DNA of 60,573 bases from Eledone cirrhosa. Taxonomy: Eukaryota. Location of the stretch: the NCBI GenBank assembly GCA_964016885.1, contig CAXHJY010000797.1, positions 1 to 60,573 on the forward strand, in the 5' to 3' direction. The notes under the pieces are model-generated. The model did not search any database and was not told where the DNA came from. It saw only the letters and a program-made list of their open reading frames with translations. A program made the position numbers and the translations under genes. Positions 1 through 18,126 of this stretch are shown piece by piece; position 1 is the first letter of the stretch; each line of letters starts with the position of its first letter.

Positions 1-612
1 AAGATAGAACACCAGGGTAAATTAGAGAACATAGAAATAAAAATAGAATCTACACACAGAAAAGACGCAATGTTTAGACAAATTACAGAGGCAATAAACA
101 TAAAAGAATTACAACCAAAATTAAATAGAAAATATGAGTGAAACAGCAACATCACAACTTACAATTAAGGACAAAATGAAAACACACACACACACATAGA
201 ACAAACAACCAACCAGTAACATGTAAATAAACAAATAAATAAATGAACATAAACACACACAGACACCCGGATGTGGCGCATGCGCAGACTGAGCACACAA
301 CACACACACAGAAACAAAATGGCGTAGGACAGAACAAAGGAGAGGCACAGAAACAAAGAAAGGAATCCCCAGTCACTGAAGAGGTCACAGAGTGTGTAAC
401 GAAAGAACTATGACTATATATAAACAACTATCTGGTTGTGGAACCAACCAACCAACCAGAAATTTATAAATTTATAAATATATAATAAATTGAAGTGAAA
501 GCAACTGGTGCGTGTGTTTCTTATTGGCAACATGACCCTCCCAAAGTATAACAATATCGGTTTCAACACACGATTTCAGATAAAGAATCTTGCTAAACAA
601 ATTCAGAAACGA
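1..612 (+). mobile_element. Penelope-like element 3' fragment (end of GIY-YIG ORF plus pLTR), cut by the window start
   Basis: Closely similar to 56187-56855, which follows a GIY-YIG coding segment. It contains a hammerhead motif and ends at the same base (..ATTCAGAAACGA) before (TA)n. Confidence 0.85.
371..415 (+). ncRNA. Minimal type I hammerhead ribozyme in the Penelope pLTR
   Basis: AGTCA-CTGAAGA-G-(imperfect stem II GTCACA..TGTAAC)-GAAA-GAAC-TA-TGACT. Stem I is AGTCA/TGACT, stem III is 1-2 bp, and the cleavage triplet is CUA. Confidence 0.75.
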
Positions 613-5327
<4,715 letters not shown>

Positions 5328-7835
5328 CTCCCCGGAGTTGACTGGTCCACAAACAGCCTGCCACCAGGTTCTTCTGCCTCAACCTCTGACAGGGAAGCTG
5401 TGGAATCGCTTCTTGACTTCATGGATGATTTCTTCCTATCCCAACTGGTGCTCGAACCAACGAGGTGCCACAAAAACGTCCTAGACTTAATTTTCAGCAA
5501 TCACACTGACAATATCCACAATATTGCAGTGGAGAAAACTCTACTCTCTGATCATGACATGGTTCTCTGTGATCTGAGATTCCACCGTCCAATATACAAA
5601 CCCAATGTCATCTCTCCTGTCCATCCGTTTGACGCTATGGATTTCCACAATGCAAACTGGGAAGCGCTCAGTCATGATCTTGCACATGTCGACTGGTCCT
5701 TCACGCACACTCATACACCCACTAACATCAAAAAGTCCTGGCAGACATTTGTGGACACTGTTACAAACATATGTGCTAAACACACCCCATTAAGAACTAT
5801 AAACAAATCTAAGAGCAGAATCCCTAGAAATAGAAAAACGCTCATCAGAAAAATTAAGAGAACGAACAAAAAAATCAACAAGCTGAAATACTGTCAGCAG
5901 CAACACATCAACTTGACTGCCATTTCATCACTAGAGATTAAAAAACATAACCTCCAAAACAACATAATGTCCCTCATCAACAATCAGAGAAGAGCTGAAG
6001 AGGCCTGGGCCATTGAGAAGATCAAACTCAATCCCAAAGTGTTCTTTTCATTTGCAAAAAAACACAAAATCACTGGCTCTACTGTTGGCCCTCTAATTGA
6101 TGAAAATGGCATTCTTCAAGACAATGCTAAAACCATGGGTGAGATACTGCAGAAACAATACTGCTCTGTTTTCAGCAATCCTGATATGGCCGATCTGGGC
6201 TGTATCGGCGATGTTACTCCCCATTACACCTTATCGGACATAACGTTTGGCGCCCCTGATGTCTTGGCGGCAATAAAGGAAATCAAGCATAATTCAGCAG
6301 TAGGTCCCGATAGGTTCCCTGCTTGTGTCTTGAAGGCGTGTCAACACCAACTTGCATCTCCTCTTGCCAATCTGTGGCGGAACTCACTGGATGCTGGATA
6401 TGTGCCAGAAAACCTTCTATCCCAGTCTGTTGTCCCAGTTTTCAAAAAGGGAAACAAATCCCTTGCCGTGAATTACCGTCCAATCTCACTCACCTCTCAT
6501 ATCATTAAGGTATTTGAGCGAGTGGTGAGATCGCGAATGACCCACTTCCTTGAGAGTAACAATATGCTGAACTCCAACCAGCATGGATTCCGTAATGGAA
6601 GGGATTGCCTGACGCAGCTACTGCATCACTTTGATGACATTTTGAGAGCCTTGGGAGAGGGTTCCAACACTGATGTTATCTACCTTGATTTCAGCAAGGC
6701 CTTTGACAGGGTTGATCATAACATTCTACTGAGAAAGCTGTCCAATATTGGTGTCACTGGAAAGCTGCTGCAGTGGATCAAGAGCTTCCTGTCAAACAGA
6801 ACCCAACATGTTGTAGTTGAGGGAGTCAAATCAAGCCCAGCCAAAGTCAGTAGTGGGGTCCCACAAGGCACTGTGTTGGGCCCACTTCTCTTCATCATCT
6901 ATATTAATGACATCACTGACATCATCAAACACAGCAACATTAAAATTTTCGCTGATGATTCCAAGCTCCAAAAGGTCATCAATGGCGTGGATGACCGGAT
7001 AAGCCTTCAGTCAGACCTACTGGCTGTTACCCAATGGGCAGAAAAGAACAACATGTTACTGAACGAAGACAAATTCGAACTGATCCACTTTGGAAAAGAG
7101 GATGCTCTGAAACTCCCGTACTCCCTTCCCTCCGGGGAAACTCTCGTGGCATCTAACAACATCAGAGACTTGGGAGTAACCGTGGACAGCAACATAAGCT
7201 GGACCACGCATATAAGCAGCAAAGTTGACATGGCCCGCAGAATGTGTTCCTGGATCCTCAGAACCTTCCAGTCGAGAGATTCCCGCACCATTATCCTTCT
7301 CTTCTCTACTTTCGCCCGACCACACCTTGAATACTGTTGTCCACTGTGGTCTCCCCACACGAAACAAAGTATCATGAAACTTGAAGCTCCTCAAAGGGCA
7401 ATCACGAAAAAGATAGATGGCATGTCAGACCTTGACTACTGGGGTCGATTAGAAAACCTGAAACTTTACTCACTCCAACGTCGCCGTGAGCGTTATATTA
7501 TCTGCATGATGTGGAAAATGTTCCATCATCACTGCCCAAATGATGTTGGCATCGCCTTCAAGATACACCCAAGGCTTGGGCCCCGTGCTATCCGTCCCAT
7601 TCAAAAATCTAAATCGCAACTCATAACAACAATACGGCACAATTATTTCACCTCAATCGGCCCTGCTCTCTTCAACATCACACCAGGACACGTCAAAACA
7701 GAAACTGACCACACAAAATTCAAGAAGTCTTTGGACAAATTCCTCCAAGTAATCCCGGACAAACCACCCACACCCGGATATGTCTCCGCAAACAGTAATT
7801 CTCTTCTCGAATGGGCCATGGTGCCCAAATCCTGA
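5328..7835 (+). CDS. LINE ORF2 fragment: C-terminal APE endonuclease plus reverse transcriptase (no start codon, uninterrupted)
   Basis: Motifs [82 protein letters not shown] and FKKSLDKFL. The frame stays open upstream of the track start at 5400. Confidence 0.9.
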   Translation, partial: LPGVDWSTNSLPPGSSASTSDREAVESLLDFMDDFFLSQLVLEPTRCHKNVLDLIFSNHTDNIHNIAVEKTLLSDHDMVLCDLRFHRPIYKPNVISPVHPFDAMDFHNANWEALSHDLAHVDWSFTHTHTPTNIKKSWQTFVDTVTNICAKHTPLRTINKSKSRIPRNRKTLIRKIKRTNKKINKLKYCQQQHINLTAISSLEIKKHNLQNNIMSLINNQRRAEEAWAIEKIKLNPKVFFSFAKKHKITGSTVGPLIDENGILQDNAKTMGEILQKQYCSVFSNPDMADLGCIGDVTPHYTLSDITFGAPDVLAAIKEIKHNSAVGPDRFPACVLKACQHQLASPLANLWRNSLDAGYVPENLLSQSVVPVFKKGNKSLAVNYRPISLTSHIIKVFERVVRSRMTHFLESNNMLNSNQHGFRNGRDCLTQLLHHFDDILRALGEGSNTDVIYLDFSKAFDRVDHNILLRKLSNIGVTGKLLQWIKSFLSNRTQHVVVEGVKSSPAKVSSGVPQGTVLGPLLFIIYINDITDIIKHSNIKIFADDSKLQKVINGVDDRISLQSDLLAVTQWAEKNNMLLNEDKFELIHFGKEDALKLPYSLPSGETLVASNNIRDLGVTVDSNISWTTHISSKVDMARRMCSWILRTFQSRDSRTIILLFSTFARPHLEYCCPLWSPHTKQSIMKLEAPQRAITKKIDGMSDLDYWGRLENLKLYSLQRRRERYIICMMWKMFHHHCPNDVGIAFKIHPRLGPRAIRPIQKSKSQLITTIRHNYFTSIGPALFNITPGHVKTETDHTKFKKSLDKFLQVIPDKPPTPGYVSANSNSLLEWAMVPKS

Positions 7836-7922
7836 ATTGAAAGACTTCGCCAGGTGGTGCTATTAAGTTAGACATGGCCTGGGCCAATACTGGCCAAAAC
7901 ATTTCAAAGTTATTCAAAGTTA
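5328..7922 (+). mobile_element. 5'-truncated CR1-group (CR1/Zenon-like) LINE
   Basis: Starts mid-APE domain (LPGVDW), then RT. The short 3' UTR has a GGCCA-ATAC-TGGCC stem-loop and a duplicated TTCAAAGTTA tail. Both flanks are (TA)n. Confidence 0.88.
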
Positions 7923-7985
7923 TATATATATATACATATATATATATATACACACATATATATATATACACATATATATATATAC

Positions 7986-8018
<33 letters not shown>

Positions 8019-8055
8019 CATATATACATATATATATACACATATATATATATAC

Positions 8056-8102
<47 letters not shown>

Positions 8103-8163
8103 CATATATATATATACATATATATATATATACATATATATATATACATATATATATATATAC

Positions 8164-8242
<79 letters not shown>

Positions 8243-8251
8243 CATATATAC

Positions 8252-8299
<48 letters not shown>

Positions 8300-8307
8300 G
8301 TATATAT

Positions 8308-8532
8308 GAAGGCGTGTGGCTGAGTGGTTAGAGTATTGGATTCACAATCGTGAGGTTGTGAGTTCGATTCCTGAACCAGGCGATGCGTTATGTCCTTGAG
8401 CAAGACACTTTATTTCACGTTGCTCCTTCTACCTGGAGTTGCGACCGATAGATAGTATTAGCAATTGGAAAGACCAACGGAAACATAGTTTCCTCGGTCC
8501 GATTTGACGAAAGTCGATCGACTAGAAAAAAA
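8308..8532 (+). mobile_element. tRNA-derived SINE with CORE-like body
   Basis: A box TGGCTGAGTGG (8317-8327), B box GTTCGATTCC (8362-8371), then a CORE-like TGTCCTTGAGCAAGACACTT and an A-rich end. Confidence 0.75.
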
Positions 8533-8787
8533 TATATATATATACATATATATATATATACATATATATATATACATATATATATATATACATATATATA
8601 TATACATATATATATATATACATATATATATATACATATATATATATATACATATATATATATACATATATATATATATACATACATATATATACATATA
8701 TATATATATACATACATATATATATATATATATACATACATATATATATATACATATATATATATATACATACATATATATATATAC

Positions 8788-8882
<95 letters not shown>

Positions 8883-8905
8883 CATATATACATATATATA
8901 TATAC

Positions 8906-9014
<109 letters not shown>

Positions 9015-9152
9015 CACTAATTATACAAACTATCAAGATTAAATATATATACGCCGTCTTCAGAACGTATATATATGTATATATATATACATATATATAC
9101 ATATATATACATATATATACATATATATACATATATATACATATATATATAT

Positions 9153-9561
9153 GGTGGCTGCCAACTCGTTTTCGAGTACGGCCACTACTTTATATCCATG
9201 TAGGAGAACCCCTACCGATGCGCTGAACGAGTGGGACTTTTTAGTCCAGCCAGCGACTTGAAAACTCTGGTACAAACACTACACTTGTGACAATTATTGA
9301 CACATAGTGCTGGGCCCATGGTACCATGTGATGACAAGTGCAGAGAGATCTCCAGATATAAAGCAATGCCTGTGCCGTGAAGCTTTTATAGTGAGCAAAG
9401 GCACTGCACAAAGCCAGTCCCACTCTCTTAACCGAGATGATATTTACCAAAAAGAAGAACAAGTCAACATCATTGGATACCATCAGGGTTGCAGGTGTTA
9501 TATCAGAGTTTTCCTTCTCCTAGAATTCTGCCTTGACAAAGGCTAAGGGGTCATCTCTCCC
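9153..9561 (-). mobile_element. Non-autonomous bipartite RTE-derived element, copy 1 (5'-truncated)
   Basis: Near-identical to copies 2-4. The minus strand has the RTE 5'-UTR motif TAGGAGAAGGAAAACTCTGA and a C2H2-finger-coding 3' part. Confidence 0.75.
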
Positions 9562-9879
9562 AATACATATATATACATATACATACATACATACATACAT
9601 ATACATATACATACATATACATATATATATATACATATACATACATATATATATATACATACATACATATATATACATACATACATATACATACATACAT
9701 ACATATACATACATACATATACATACATACATATATATATATATATACATATATACATATACATATATATATACATACATACACACATATATATACATAT
9801 ATATACATATACATACACACACATATACACATATATATACATATACATACATATATATATACATACATACATACATATA

Positions 9880-9915
<36 letters not shown>

Positions 9916-9976
9916 TATACATATATATATACATACATATATACATATATATATACATACATATATACATACATAT

Positions 9977-10009
<33 letters not shown>

Positions 10010-10142
10010 TACATACATACATATATATATACATACATACATATATATACATACATACATATATATACATACATACATATATATATATACATACATACAT
10101 ATATATATACATATATATATATACATACATACATACATATAC

Positions 10143-10173
<31 letters not shown>

Positions 10174-10484
10174 CATACATACATACATACATATATACAT
10201 ACATATATATATACATACATATATATATACATACATATATATATACATACATATATATATACATACATATATATATACATACATATATATATACATACAT
10301 ATATATATACATACATATATATATACATACATACATATACATACATATATATATACACACATATATATATACATACATACATATATATACATATATATAT
10401 ACACACATATATACATACATATATATATATACATACATACACATACATACATATACATACATACATATATATATACATACATAC

Positions 10485-10535
<51 letters not shown>

Positions 10536-10546
10536 CATACATATAT
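9562..10546. repeat. (TA)n/(TACA)n microsatellite
   Basis: TACATACA-rich alternating repeat. Confidence 0.97.
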
Positions 10547-11127
10547 GGTGGCTGCCAACTCGTTTTCGAGTATGGCCACTACTTTATATCCATGTAGGAG
10601 AACTCCTACCGATGCGCTGAACGAGTGTGACTTTTTAGTCCAGCCAGCGACTTGAAAACTCTGGTACACTTGTGACAATTATTGACACACAGCGCTGGGC
10701 CCATGGTACCATGTGATGACAAATGCAGAGAGATCTCCAGATATAAAGCAATGCCTGTGCCGTGAAGCTTTTATAGTGAGCAAAGGCACTGCACAAAGCC
10801 AGTCCCACTCTCTTAACCAAGATGATATTTACCAAAAAGAAGAACAAGTCAACATCATTGGATACCATCAGAGTTGCAGGTGTTATATCAGAGTTTTCCT
10901 TCTCCTAGAATTCTGCCTTGACAAAGGCTAAGGGGTCATCTCTCCCGGTGATTTTGGATGGCCACTGACTCTTAAGAGCTCCTCTGCCCTTTGACAGGTT
11001 TTGTTTTTAGTCCTGCAGGATGTCCAAAGTCACCCTCCTCACCAAGAAACCTTGGTGGGGCTGCCAGTTTAGTCGCCAACGACCCGACCATGAGACAGGT
11101 TGTACTGGGATACATGTTACCAGTAGC
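10547..11127 (-). mobile_element. Non-autonomous bipartite RTE-derived element, copy 2 (longest, about 580 bp)
   Basis: The minus strand starts GCTACTGGTAAC, carries the RTE motif at about 10888-10907, and ends GGCAGCCACC followed by (AT)n. Confidence 0.78.
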
Positions 11128-11492
11128 ATATATACATATATATATACATATATATATACATATATATATACATATATATATACATATATATATACATATA
11201 TATATACATATATATATACATACATATATACATACATATATATACATATATATATATACATATATATATACATATATATATACATATATATATACATATA
11301 TATATACATATATACATACATATATATATACATACATATATATATACATATATATATATACATATATACATACATATATATATACATATATATATATACA
11401 TATATATATATACATATATATATACATACATATCTATATACATACATATATATATACATATATATATATACATATATATATACATACATATC

Positions 11493-11528
<36 letters not shown>

Positions 11529-11715
11529 CATATATATATATACATATATATACACATATATATATACACATATATATATATACATACATATATATATACA
11601 TATATATACATATATATATACATACATATATACATACATATATATATACATATATATATACATATACATATATATATACATATATATATACATACATATA
11701 TACATACATATATAT

Positions 11716-12672
11716 ACTAGACATGAAAAATGCGCAAGCTCAAAAGTGCCACAGAATGTTATAATAAACCTTCAAAAGTGTGGGACTAGAGTTGTTGCTA
11801 AAAAATATTGTAATCATTATATATCGTACATTCTGTGGCATCCTTTATAAAAATAGCTTAAACCAACGAAGCCTTTATTTTTACGCTATTTCACTTAGTT
11901 AATTCTTAGAGTGTAACATATAAAAATATCATTTACAACTATAAAATAAATTAATTAATATAATAACAGAGCTGCGGAGCTGAAATTTAGGAAATAATGG
12001 AGTATCGGATCCTGAGTTGGAGCCAGTCAATTTTTGGCCGACTCCGCAGCCCTGTATAATACATTTCATATTAAAGTTATTAATAAACCTATTTTACACT
12101 TCATGCAAATTACCACGAGATATTGATATTAGATATAAGATACAGCGCAATATCTACAGCTGTAAAAGTACGAAAGCGAAGTAATAATAAGTGGCTTAAG
12201 GTAATTCCAATATGAAAGTTTGTAGTGATAAAAATTTGATAATGCAATACGATTGTTAATATTATAGTTCTATGAAAATGTAACAATAGATAACTAAATT
12301 ATTTTACTATTAGTATATTTAAGAAATTATCATTATAGATTTGATCGTTCATATAAGCATCATATTAAGTTTCAACACAATTATTTTGTTACTATGAGTA
12401 TATGATAATAATATTACGTAATTATTTATAGCTGTTATTACATTAAACATAGATGCATTTATTTTTATATGTTACACTCTAAGAATTAACTAAGTGAAAT
12501 AGCGTAAAAATAAAGGCTTCGTTGGTTTAAGCTATTTTTATAAAGGATGCCACAGAATGTACGATATATAATGATTACAATATTTTTTAGCAACAACTCT
12601 AGTCCCACACTTTTGAAGGTTTATTATAACATTCTGTGGCACTTTTGAGCTTGCGCATTTTTCATGTCTAGT
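11716..12672. mobile_element. Foldback/MITE-like element with 213-bp terminal inverted repeats
   Basis: 11716-11928 is the reverse complement of 12460-12672, with no mismatch seen by eye. The interior is AT-rich and non-coding. No clear TSD. Confidence 0.7.
11967..12054. mobile_element. Small hAT-like MITE nested in the foldback element
   Basis: TIR CAGAGCTGCGGAG / CTCCGCAGCCCTG (12/13 match). Flanks TATAATAA / TATAATAC match 7/8, consistent with an 8-bp TSD. Confidence 0.55.
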
Positions 12673-13230
12673 TTAATATTTTTTTAAGGCAACGCTTGTA
12701 ATAACTCTAGTTAAACAGGATATATATTAATAATAAATTATCGTTGTAATGTAATTAGATTATGTAATTGTTATTATAAATTATCTTATAAATATTAGTG
12801 TAAGATGTATAAAAATATTTTCAGACTTTTAATATAAACAACTACAAAAAACAATCAATATTAAATCAATATATTATACATAATAGAAAACATAAAATAT
12901 ACAATACAAAAACAAAATATTTACATACAATTGCAATTATCAGTGTATATACATTTTCTTTATATTCCCTGAGCAAATTAATAAGATTTGTTTTTATTGT
13001 ACATAATTTGATGACTTGTTGGAGTGTATTAAAAGATAGCAACAATTTGTGATTAAATTGTTATCTTAAGCAACTCACTTTTTAATAGTTGTTGGCTGAG
13101 CGAAATTGTAAAAGCCTATGAGCAAATATAAAAAAAAATACACAAACAACATTTCCTTGTGTTATTACAACATTAGATAAAATAATTGAGCAATGTCGTT
13201 ATATTTTGCTCTTATTGCACATTAATAGTG

Positions 13231-13392
13231 TTTCTATTTTTCGGCACAAATCCATTACGGCAGTCCATTACTGGTACTTTATTTTATCGAATTAGTAAGT
13301 ATGAAAGTCGAAGTTAACCTCGGCAGGATTTGAACTTAGAATGCAAAGGACCATAACAATACTGCAAAGCATGGTGTCTGACGCTCTACCAA
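13231..13392 (-). mobile_element. Degenerate Nin/Deu-domain-like SINE
   Basis: ACTGGTACTTTATTTTATCGA...ATGAAAG...CCTCGGCAGGATTTGAAC on the + strand. The minus strand gives a B-box-like GTTCAAATCC. A second fragment lies at about 14198-14243. Family call is from recalled consensus. Confidence 0.5.
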
Positions 13393-13789
13393 TACTTGTG
13401 TTGAGCTGGTCATTAATTTATGGTGGTCGTGCGTGGAGTAGAGCAATCGCTAGTTGAAATATTATGAACAAAACATTTTTATTTGCCGAAGAACATATTT
13501 TCAATACTGTTTGTGAATGTGACGAAGGAAATACATTCTGATATGGAACAGTGTACAAAGTGTGTCTGTGAATAACATAATGTTACCTCATGTTGTTGTC
13601 AAGACATAATGGATTTCGTATATCCAGTTAGAAGATGAAACCTAGCCATCTCGGATTAGTTATATTTCATGCCATGTGTAAACGTGTTTGAGGATAGCAA
13701 AATATGCGCGTTAATTATAATAATTAGTTAATAATATTACAAAATATACCTAATTAAACTCTTTGCTTGAAATTTTATCATTCTTCGTT

Positions 13790-13820
<31 letters not shown>

Positions 13821-15343
13821 GGAGAGAGATTTATCTAGTCCTTCGCTCAAGATTAATCTATAAGTTTAGATGTTTGCCTTCGTTTAAGTAAATATTACAG
13901 TAAGATTTTTAATATAAACAACTACAAAAAACAATTAATATTAAAACGAAAAAATTATCAATGATAAAAGAAGCGGATGCAACTTTTTTTTTTATAAAGT
14001 TATATTCCTGTTTCTTTAAAGAACATTTCATTTTTGTTCTATTGTAGGCGAAATAATGCAATGGTTTAATAGGGAAGATATAACTTACGAATTATGTCTC
14101 TAACCGTGTAACGCTTTTTAAGTAGATAACTACAATTGAAAATACTAAAGAAATGGAACCAACAATTCAATTTGAAAGTCGTCTAGTGACAGTGTATTAC
14201 TGGTACTTTATTTTATCGACCCCGTAACGATGAAAGGCAAAAATGCAAATGCTTAAAATTTAAATTGCCTTAATTCTATCGTCTGCTGTTTCATTAAAGG
14301 GAGATTATCGTCTGTATTTAATTCTATCGTCTACTGTTCCACTAAACAGATATACCTCCACTATCGTCTCTATTTATACATTTTAACTTATAACTTATAC
14401 ACATTTGATTTGAAATATTTTATCTAGTCCCCCCTCTCAATATTATGATGATTTCTTTCGAATGAAACAGTTCTAGTCCTGTAGAAACCATTTATATATA
14501 TAATTGAACTGAGTTAAAAATTCACAATATTTATAATTAAATAAGCTCATATATATATGTGTGTATTTATCTGTTTATTGTATTATATATAATGTGTGTA
14601 TATACAGGATGTCCCCCAAAAATATATACACACTTCAACAGCATTCTAATAACTATTGCCTGTACAGGTAATCAAAGTGTCAATCGAATGTTAGTTTCGT
14701 GTTTTAACAGTACAAATTTACAATACACACATAAAACCAGTGTATATACATACATGAGTGTATATACACATACATGAATGTGTATATACAATATATATGT
14801 ATATATATATAGACACATATATTCACGGTGCAACGGTACATTAAAATATAGATGCGGGAGAGGGGGGGTGTATATATAGGGGCGCTGGGGATAAAGGAGT
14901 GTAAAGCGTGTGTAATTGATATATTGAAGGAGAGGAGCGTGCAGCGATAGAGTAACAAATATATAGAGAGGGGGAGAGATGGTATTGAAGGGGAGGAGTG
15001 CAAAGCGAAAGAGTAAGAGATATATATAGAGACGGAACAGATAGAGAGAAACAGGCGTAAGTAACAGTGGAAGAGATATAGAGAGAGGTACTCTGATTGG
15101 TTGAAAATTAGCCAATGACATACGATCACCACCACCACGGCTATCCCCGAAAAATTTTTTAAGAAGCTACGCATATATGTTAGAACACGAAAAGTGAACA
15201 TTCTGTTGTTTCACACTTTTCGTGTTCTAACAGATACATATATATATATATACATATACATATATATATATATATACATATATATACATATACATATATA
15301 TACATATACATATATATATACATATATATGTATATATATACAC

Positions 15344-15380
<37 letters not shown>

Positions 15381-15395
15381 CATATTTATATATAC

Positions 15396-15428
<33 letters not shown>

Positions 15429-15465
15429 CAAATATATATATATACATATATATATACATATATAT

Positions 15466-15560
<95 letters not shown>

Positions 15561-15568
15561 TATATATT

Positions 15569-15599
<31 letters not shown>

Positions 15600-15606
15600 T
15601 TATATA

Positions 15607-15748
15607 TAGTAATAATAATAAATTTGAAGACTAAAATCCAAAGAGGGCTCGATAAAGATAAACATATATCAAATATATAAGAACCGTAGAGCAAATATTT
15701 ATTAAAATAACAGATTAAAGTTTAAGCAAAGAATCGTTGCTTTCACCC
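15607..15748 (-). repeat. Inverted copy of 20495-20637 (probable pLTR 3' end)
   Basis: About 140-bp reverse-complement match. Both copies end in (ATT)n then (TA)n. Confidence 0.7.
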
Positions 15749-15769
15749 ATACATATATATATATTTATA

Positions 15770-15964
15770 TAACGAAGGAAATGTGGTAAGGAACCAGGTG
15801 GACCATAACGCACCAAAGTACTCAATACTGAGGGTAGTAGAGTGGGTAATAGGAACGAGTAGGACCCCGACGGCTGAGCTCAAGCTGTTTCGACGGCTAA
15901 TTCTGGACAGAATTAGCCGTCGAAACGGCTTGAGCTCAGCCGTCAGGGTCCTACTCGTTCCTAT
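15770..15964. repeat. About 195-bp interspersed element ending in a 116-nt palindrome, copy 1
   Basis: 57-bp arms at 15849-15905 and 15908-15964 with 2 non-Watson-Crick positions. Related copies lie at 17006-17181 (inverted) and 32472-32527. Confidence 0.85.
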
Positions 15965-15969
15965 ATATT

Positions 15970-16001
<32 letters not shown>

Positions 16002-16023
16002 CATATATACATATATATATATT

Positions 16024-16054
<31 letters not shown>

Positions 16055-16169
16055 ACATATATATATATTTATATATATACATATATATATATATACTTAT
16101 ATATATATACACCCCTGTCCCACTACCCCCACCCCATCCACACCACCCCCTTCAATGTTAAGTTATGTT

Positions 16170-16436
16170 GGTGCCACAACATCCAGTCCGAAACTAATGA
16201 GGTCGTGTAGGTGTCACGACAAAAAAAACACACAGTCCACGCTGTAATGTGGCAGTGTAGGAACACGGTAAAAACCTCCTCGTCCACACCGTAAACGTGG
16301 TTGGTGTTAGGAAGGGCATCCAGCCGTAGAAAATCCGCCAGGACAACCAATGTTGCCTCAAGTGGGAAAACTCGCGTCCAAACCCATGCAAGCGTGGAAG
16401 ATGGACGTTAAACGATGATGATGATGATGATGATGA

Positions 16437-16440
<4 letters not shown>
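16170..16440 (+). mobile_element. RTE-related SINE / non-autonomous element 3' part with (GAT)n tail
   Basis: GGTTGGTGTTAGGAAGGGCATCCAGCCGTAGAAA ... GGACGTTAAACGATGATGATG. The 5' boundary is approximate. Confidence 0.6.
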
Positions 16441-16487
<47 letters not shown>

Positions 16488-16533
16488 TATATATGTATAT
16501 ACATATATATGTATATGTATACATATATATATG

Positions 16534-16564
<31 letters not shown>

Positions 16565-16705
16565 GTATATATATATATATGTATATATATATTTATATAT
16601 ATATATATATTTATATATATTTATATGTATATATATATTTATATATATATATATATATTTATATATATTTATATGTATATATATATATATATGTATATAT
16701 ATATT

Positions 16706-16758
<53 letters not shown>

Positions 16759-16759
16759 T

Positions 16760-16836
<77 letters not shown>

Positions 16837-16837
16837 T

Positions 16838-16910
<73 letters not shown>

Positions 16911-16911
16911 T

Positions 16912-16996
<85 letters not shown>

Positions 16997-17002
16997 TTAT
17001 TT
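16441..17002. repeat. (TA)n tract with reversed (TATG/TATT) polarity
   Basis: Interruptions are mostly G/T on the + strand, unlike most other tracts. Confidence 0.92.
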
Positions 17003-17005
17003 ATA

Positions 17006-17181
17006 GGACAGCAGAGCTCAAGCCGTTTCGCCGGCTATTTCTGTCCAGAAATAGCCGTCGAAACGGCTTGAGTTCTGCCGTCGTGGTCATACCTTTTTCT
17101 ATTACCCACTCTACTACCCTAAGTATTGAGTACTCTGGTGCGTTATCGTCCATCTGGTTCCTTACCACAATTCCTTCGTTA
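17006..17181. repeat. Palindrome-ended element, copy 2 (inverted relative to copy 1)
   Basis: 37-bp arms at 17007-17043 and 17046-17082. The unique part is the reverse complement of about 15770-15850. Confidence 0.82.
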
Positions 17182-17294
17182 CATATATTTATACATACAT
17201 ATATGCAAACGGCCAACAAATATGACCAACCAACCGACACAGTACAATGAAGAAATATATGATTAGTTTTATGCTTGATATAGTAGGAGAAGAG

Positions 17295-17330
17295 TCTTAT
17301 TGTTTCGGACGCTAGTCCTTCATCAGAAGA
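17295..17330 (-). ncRNA. Degenerate minimal hammerhead (probable pLTR relic)
   Basis: Minus strand TCTT-CTGATGA-A-GGAC-TAGC-GTCC-GAAA-CAAT-AAGA. The core and stem II are good, but the stem III/cleavage segment is too short. Confidence 0.45.
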
Positions 17331-17705
17331 TAGAATGGGAAAGTAAAGAAGAAATAGAAAGATTGAGGAGTCGGGCAGTAGCAGAAAGGAAAAAACATTT
17401 TAGAGGAAAATAATAGATTCGTCATATCTTGAAAAACTGTTGATGCTGGTGTACTGACTCACATACATACATATATATATGTATATATATAGAGAAGAAG
17501 AAAGAAGAAAACAGAAGAAAAATCGAAGAAGAAAAAGAAGAAAACAGAAGAAGAAAAAAACAAAAAGGAAGAAAAAGAAAAAGAAGAAGACTAAAACGAG
17601 TGGTGAAAGACGGTGGCATATTACTATTAATGAAAGTTATTGTATTAACCGTTAGAAGTTCGTGAGAGAGAGAGGGGGAGAGAAAGGGAGAGAAAGAGAA
17701 AGGTG

Positions 17706-17737
<32 letters not shown>

Positions 17738-18019
17738 CATGAATATAGAAAAAAGATAGATAAATAGAGAGATGGAGAGAGAGAGAGAGAGGGGTAAATA
17801 GATAGATGGGTAGAAGGAGGTAGAGGGTTAGGGAGAGGTAAATAGAGAGAGGGATAGAGAGAGAGAGCTGTGTTATCTGTAGAGACGAGTAAAACAAGCG
17901 AGAGATAAAATGGCGGCCGAGGAGAGCGTTGGCGTTGTTAATTCATAAGATAGCAATCTGATTTATTTTCAGTGCGATCTCACATTTTTACAGATAATAA
18001 TAGTATAACGGAAACGTAA

Positions 18020-18058
<39 letters not shown>

Positions 18059-18076
18059 CACAAATGTACGTATATA

Positions 18077-18123
<47 letters not shown>

Positions 18124-18126
<3 letters not shown>

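Noticed and set aside
5541-7828. Short alternative-frame and antisense ORFs within the LINE
   Set aside because: They are shadows of the ORF2 reading frame with no independent motifs.
7876-7902. Hammerhead in the CR1 3' UTR (CTG-GGCCA-ATAC-TGGCC-AAAAC)
   Set aside because: It lacks CUGANGA and GAAA, and is better explained as a LINE 3' stem-loop.
8308-8380. Functional tRNA gene
   Set aside because: The acceptor stem is poor and it is followed directly by a CORE-like body, so it is a SINE head.
9017-9068. 50-bp island with minus-strand CTGAAGA
   Set aside because: No GAAA half is present and it is too short to assign.
11040-11127. HDV-like or twister ribozyme at the 5' end of the RTE derivative (minus strand)
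   Set aside because: A GTCG-TTGG-CGAC hairpin, CTAA and a CCAGT/ACTGG pairing are suggestive. I could not fit P1/P3/P1.1 of the double pseudoknot or a twister core by eye; a motif search is needed.
12825-13945. About 40-bp direct repeat (TTTTAATATAAACAACTACAAAAAACAAT.AATATTAAA) as an LTR pair
   Set aside because: It is too short and AT-rich, with no TG..CA ends, PBS or coding interior.
14602-14640. Tc1/mariner-like TIR (TACAGGATGTCCCCCAAAA)
   Set aside because: No matching second TIR was found.
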